NCBI GenBank assembly: GCA_043812875.1
Contig: JBDRLS010000115.1
Span: 1-37,749, forward strand
DNA: 37,749 nt
Reading direction: 5' to 3'
Source: Nanobdellota archaeon
Lineage (GTDB): Archaea; Nanobdellota; Nanobdellia; Woesearchaeales; JAHIVG01
The notes below the pieces were generated by a model. The model was not told the DNA's origin. It was given only the letters and a program-made list of their open reading frames with translations, and made no database searches. Of this stretch, positions 34,903 through 37,749 are shown one piece after another. Position numbers and translations under genes: made by a program. Position 1 is the first letter of the stretch. Every line of letters begins with the position of its first letter.

Positions 34903-34985
34903 CCCACGGCCATCTTTTTTCCTCCCTCGCGGTTGGCAAAAAGCTGGACCAAAAAACAGATGTGCGGGTTTCCTGCGGTGTTAAT

Positions 34986-35205
34986 GCCCCGTTGGTGTAG
35001 TCCGGCCAATCATACGGCCCTCTCGACACGAGAAATCCAAGATTTCGTCGGCGAAAGGCCGTGACTCGGGTTCGAACAGCTTTTTCATCCTCGCGGATGA
35101 AAAACCTGGGAAAACAGTTGAACGACCCTGAAGTTCCTCAAGGTCAAGAGGGGTATCTATGATACCCCAGGAATCCCAGAAGCGTCGAAAGTCCCGGACG
35201 GGGCA
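34986..35205 (+). tRNA. tRNA-Glu(CUC) with a canonical 37/38 intron (30 nt) and a 115-nt intron in the T loop (59/60)
   Basis: Acceptor GCCCCGT/ACGGGGC with discriminator A. The D arm GTGT-AGTCCGGCCAA-TCAT is typical of archaeal tRNA-Glu. Anticodon stem CGGCC (35015-19)/GGCCG (35057-61) carries the loop CTCTCG|A. T stem TCGGG (35066-70)/CCCGG (35193-97) has its loop TTCGAA..T split by 35077-35191. A T run follows. Confidence 0.8.
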
Positions 35206-35298
35206 TTTATTTTTTAATAATAGCCTGGATTAATATTGAGTAAGTCAATAAGAAAAGATCATATGCTCTTTTAGATATCAAATTAAACTCTAGAACAA

Positions 35299-35637
35299 TT
35301 AAAACGTGTATCTGCAAGGAGGTGCATTCATTGAAGTCTCTAATGCATCTCCATTGTTTGATGCTAGTCCTTTAGTATATTCTGCGAATTCCAAAATTTG
35401 ATCCCGAGTAAGACCAGCTTCATGATGTGAAGCTTCAGTGAACATGCGGGCAGCAAGTTTATATGAATCCTTTTGACCAGGATCAGCTGATTCATTCGCA
35501 CGCTCTATCAGCTCTAGCGCTTCAATCAGAAATCCTATGGCTTCAGACCCATGATCCCCTTGATCAACATTGCTGACACCAGCAAGAATATTTATTAATG
35601 AAATTCGATGTCCGGGAATGTGTTGTTGATTTACCAT
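35299..35637 (-). CDS. Hypothetical protein (112 aa), AT-rich region
   Basis: GATTTAAATA on the minus strand has its first T 30 nt before ATG 35637. No motif recognised. Confidence 0.5.
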   Translation of the reverse strand: MVNQQHIPGHRISLINILAGVSNVDQGDHGSEAIGFLIEALELIERANESADPGQKDSYKLAARMFTEASHHEAGLTRDQILEFAEYTKGLASNNGDALETSMNAPPCRYTF

Positions 35638-35715
35638 GCAACCTTTAAACCACATCTCCTATTTAAATCTTTCTATTATTTACCACTATTAAGTGGCTAA
35701 TACTTAAAAAGGCGA

Positions 35716-36168
35716 TCACTTCAACAGCGCCACGTCTTCCCCGCCAAACGCCGCGCCATGCAAAGAAAAGTGAGAAGATTCTTGAACTCCGCGGAGTGTC
35801 ACCACGCTGCTCGAATCGAGATGGGCATCGATCCTCGCGACAAGGCTATCCATTTCTGCATCGCTTGCTTCATTTGCCCGCTGGAATGATATGAGATTGC
35901 TCTTGATGATCGGCCTCCCCCCAATGACGCCTTTCCGGAGGGGAATTTCAGTACCATCGCAGAGGTAGAGCATTGCTCCAATTGTGAGTGATTGAATGCT
36001 ATCAGCTTTCACCTCAACCTCTACAGGTCCATTTGAACAAGCAATATCTTTAGGTTGTACTGAGGCATAGAAGTCTGGTGCCGGCACTGGATCAGCTTTC
36101 ATTGCAAAATACCCTAATATAAGAGGGATGAACAATATGCTTTGCCTGGCCCTATACATTAAATCCAT
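35716..36168 (-). CDS. Hypothetical secreted/membrane-anchored protein
   Basis: N-terminal hydrophobic segment SILFIPLILGYFAM. A consensus CCTTTATATAG box (36193-36203, minus strand) lies 33 nt before ATG 36168; the ORF opens with TTG at 36189. Confidence 0.6.
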   Translation of the reverse strand: MDLMYRARQSILFIPLILGYFAMKADPVPAPDFYASVQPKDIACSNGPVEVEVKADSIQSLTIGAMLYLCDGTEIPLRKGVIGGRPIIKSNLISFQRANEASDAEMDSLVARIDAHLDSSSVVTLRGVQESSHFSLHGAAFGGEDVALLK

Positions 36169-36192
36169 GATTGTTCCAGCAATTCTCAATGA

Positions 36193-36203
36193 CTATATAA
36201 AGG
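36193..36203 (-). promoter_or_regulatory. BRE/TATA promoter (CCTTTATATAG on the minus strand)
   Basis: Matches the window consensus and is spaced correctly for ATG 36168. Confidence 0.55.
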
Positions 36204-36319
36204 TATTCCACTTCTGCCCATCCCACCTAAGTAAGTTTTTCACAAATATGGAACATACGTTCCGATAATAAGAGAGAACGCACATTTAATAAAGACCCGA
36301 GATATGAGAACATTCACTT

Positions 36320-36449
36320 GCCACGGTGCGACAATCTGGTACTCGGGTGGTCTCGAAAACCGCTTGGCGCAAGCCTATCTCGGTTCAAACGAGAAACTCT
36401 GTTTCGAGCCCAGAAAAATGGAGTTTTTCTGAATGTCCGGGCCGTGGCG
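36320..36449 (+). tRNA. tRNA-Ser(CGA), class II, with a 46-nt intron in the T loop (59/60)
   Basis: Acceptor GCCACGG/CCGTGGC with discriminator G. Anticodon arm GTGGT-CTCGAAA-ACCGC. 15-nt variable arm containing the hairpin GGC-GCAA-GCC. T stem CTCGG (36379-83)/CCGGG (36437-41) has its loop TTCAAA..T split by 36390-36435. A T6 run follows. Confidence 0.8.
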
Positions 36450-36494
36450 CTTTTTTCACAATTCTTATATAGATACTTATCATTCATGGTTCAG

Positions 36495-37175
36495 ATGATG
36501 CCTGAGAAGCCGTATAGAAATCTGATGAAAGACCTTTTCCTTTACACATTGATTCTTTCATTTCTGAGCTGTGCTTCACAAAAAAAAGTTTATGTTCCGA
36601 TTGAATTTATAAAAGAAGGGGTGCATACATACGCAAACGGGGTGTTTGCGAATTTCCAGCCGAATACATTTCTTGTTGAATTACCTAACTCTGACCTGGA
36701 CCAGACCGTTCGAGGCTTCGACACAAATAACAACGGAATTGTTGATGAGATTGAGATGGATATATCCATCAGCCCCGATGAGACACCCTATAAGGATATT
36801 CAACATATCGTCGTGGAAGCTGAATTTCAAGATGAAAATGGCGACTACATTTTTCTGACGGATTTCAACATAGGCTTACCTGAAATCATTGCATCGGACC
36901 ATACTAAAATCTGCGAATATTTTAAGGCAAGAGTGAATGAATATCAAGAGTATTTCACGAACGCCTATCAAACACAAGAACCGAGAGCCAATGATAGATT
37001 AGAGCATTCCTTGATCATATCGATGATAGACAGAGATGCATTAACCTGGTATTCAGAGTGGACTCCTGGCGGATTGGTTATATCCCCCACCCCCTACAAG
37101 GAAAATAATGAAGCCATTCTTGAATTCGAACACCAACCTGAGCTGAATAAGCTCAATTCTCCAGAGAAGAAGTGA
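36495..37175 (+). CDS. Lipoprotein-like secreted protein, function unknown
   Basis: Lipobox-like LILSFLSC. CTTATATAG lies about 30 nt before ATG 36495, with alternative ATGs at 36486 and 36498. The long ORF from 36318 runs through the tRNA-Ser gene, so that part is discounted. Confidence 0.7.
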   Translation: MMPEKPYRNLMKDLFLYTLILSFLSCASQKKVYVPIEFIKEGVHTYANGVFANFQPNTFLVELPNSDLDQTVRGFDTNNNGIVDEIEMDISISPDETPYKDIQHIVVEAEFQDENGDYIFLTDFNIGLPEIIASDHTKICEYFKARVNEYQEYFTNAYQTQEPRANDRLEHSLIISMIDRDALTWYSEWTPGGLVISPTPYKENNEAILEFEHQPELNKLNSPEKK

Positions 37176-37225
37176 CCAAAGCAGTGGCGGTTAATTTTAT
37201 AAAGCTATGTGAAATCCCTATAAAG

Positions 37226-37660
37226 ATGCCAGACATGTCATCAAACATCATCGGCGGCGCAGTCGTCTTTCATGAAGGGAAGATCGCCCTTGTCCAAGAA
37301 GCCGGCACCTCAGCTAGAGGAACGTGGAACATCCCTGCAGGACATATAGAAGAAAGCGAAGACATCATCACAGGCACCTTGAGAGAGATCAAGGAAGAAA
37401 CTAACCTTGATGTCGAACTTGTTGGTCTCATCGGCGTCTACCAAGGAAAAAGCCCGAAAGGAATTGACCATCTCCGGTTCTTCTTCAAAGCAAAGGTCAT
37501 AGGGGGAACACTCAAGCATCAAGAGGGAGAACTCTTGGATGCGAAATGGATCACCCTTGACGAATTCAAGAAAATGGATGACTCAGAACTCAGAGATGAT
37601 AAGATGAAGCGCGCAATTCTCGACAGCGACACCATAGTTCCCTTAGAACTCTTAAAATAA
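37226..37660 (+). CDS. Nudix hydrolase
   Basis: Nudix box GHIEESEDIITGTLREIKEETNL (Gx5Ex7REUxEExGU). TTTATAAAG has its first T (37196) about 30 nt before ATG 37226. Confidence 0.9.
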   Translation: MPDMSSNIIGGAVVFHEGKIALVQEAGTSARGTWNIPAGHIEESEDIITGTLREIKEETNLDVELVGLIGVYQGKSPKGIDHLRFFFKAKVIGGTLKHQEGELLDAKWITLDEFKKMDDSELRDDKMKRAILDSDTIVPLELLK

Positions 37661-37749
37661 AACTTAACAAGAACAAAATAGTTTTAAAAGATTTATTCTA
37701 GTAGAATTTTTCACATTAACTTAATTACTTGTAGAGCATTTACCAGAAG

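Noticed and set aside
35077-35191. C/D box sRNA inside the tRNA-Glu T-loop intron
   Set aside because: Only partial box-like strings are present (GGATGA, CTGA, ATGATA). Their spacing and order do not fit the C-D'-C'-D architecture with ~12-nt guides.
36318-36494. N-terminal extension of the 285-aa ORF
   Set aside because: It overlaps the whole tRNA-Ser gene and its terminator. A TATA box is properly spaced for a downstream ATG near 36495.
1-37749. CRISPR arrays, rRNA genes and prophage-scale elements
   Set aside because: No regularly spaced short repeats and no rRNA-like conserved strings were seen. The only repeats are the tRNA- and argF-associated direct repeats and the in-frame protein repeats described above.

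Overview
This looks like an archaeal chromosomal segment, probably from a small-genome DPANN-like lineage (inference). Evidence for archaeal origin: an archaeal-type NMN adenylyltransferase, a CTP-dependent riboflavin kinase, Bud32, an initiator tRNA with an A1:U72 pair, and intron-rich tRNAs. CCTTTATAAAT-like BRE/TATA boxes sit about 30 nt before start codons, so many mRNAs look leaderless. The genetic code appears standard. Housekeeping content: HAD phosphatase, purB, grpE-dnaK-dnaJ (with two extra genes between grpE and dnaK), a class IV aminotransferase, an alpha/beta hydrolase, NMNAT, Bud32, an ACT-domain protein, argF-argG-argH (with extra small ORFs), a CPA2 antiporter, an AmmeMemoRadiSam-type radical SAM enzyme, a DsbA-like oxidoreductase, RNase HII, SMC and a Nudix hydrolase. 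There is also a VapBC pair and several secreted Cys-rich/CARDB or lipoprotein-like proteins. Four tRNA genes are present (Ile-like, initiator Met, Glu, Ser). All four are interrupted, three of them at the same T-loop position. Main observations: (1) The 3' end of the initiator tRNA is followed by three small promoter-bearing cassettes: a LAGLIDADG-like ORF, the antiporter and a 118-aa ORF. They are bounded by nested 19-28 nt direct repeats of the tRNA tail and its flank, and no recombinase gene is present. (2) Similar short insertions flanked by long direct repeats occur at the argF 3' end (32 nt), the tRNA-Glu 5' end (14 nt) and upstream of tRNA-Ile. (3) The spacer in front of tRNA-Glu resembles that tRNA's own 115-nt T-loop intron. 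(4) A 17-bp palindrome, GTTGAC-N5-RTCAAC, occurs only twice in the window: over the initiation region of a small wHTH gene and in the grpE-dnaK-dnaJ leader. This suggests an autoregulated chaperone regulon. No CRISPR array, rRNA, integrase or transposase was recognised.
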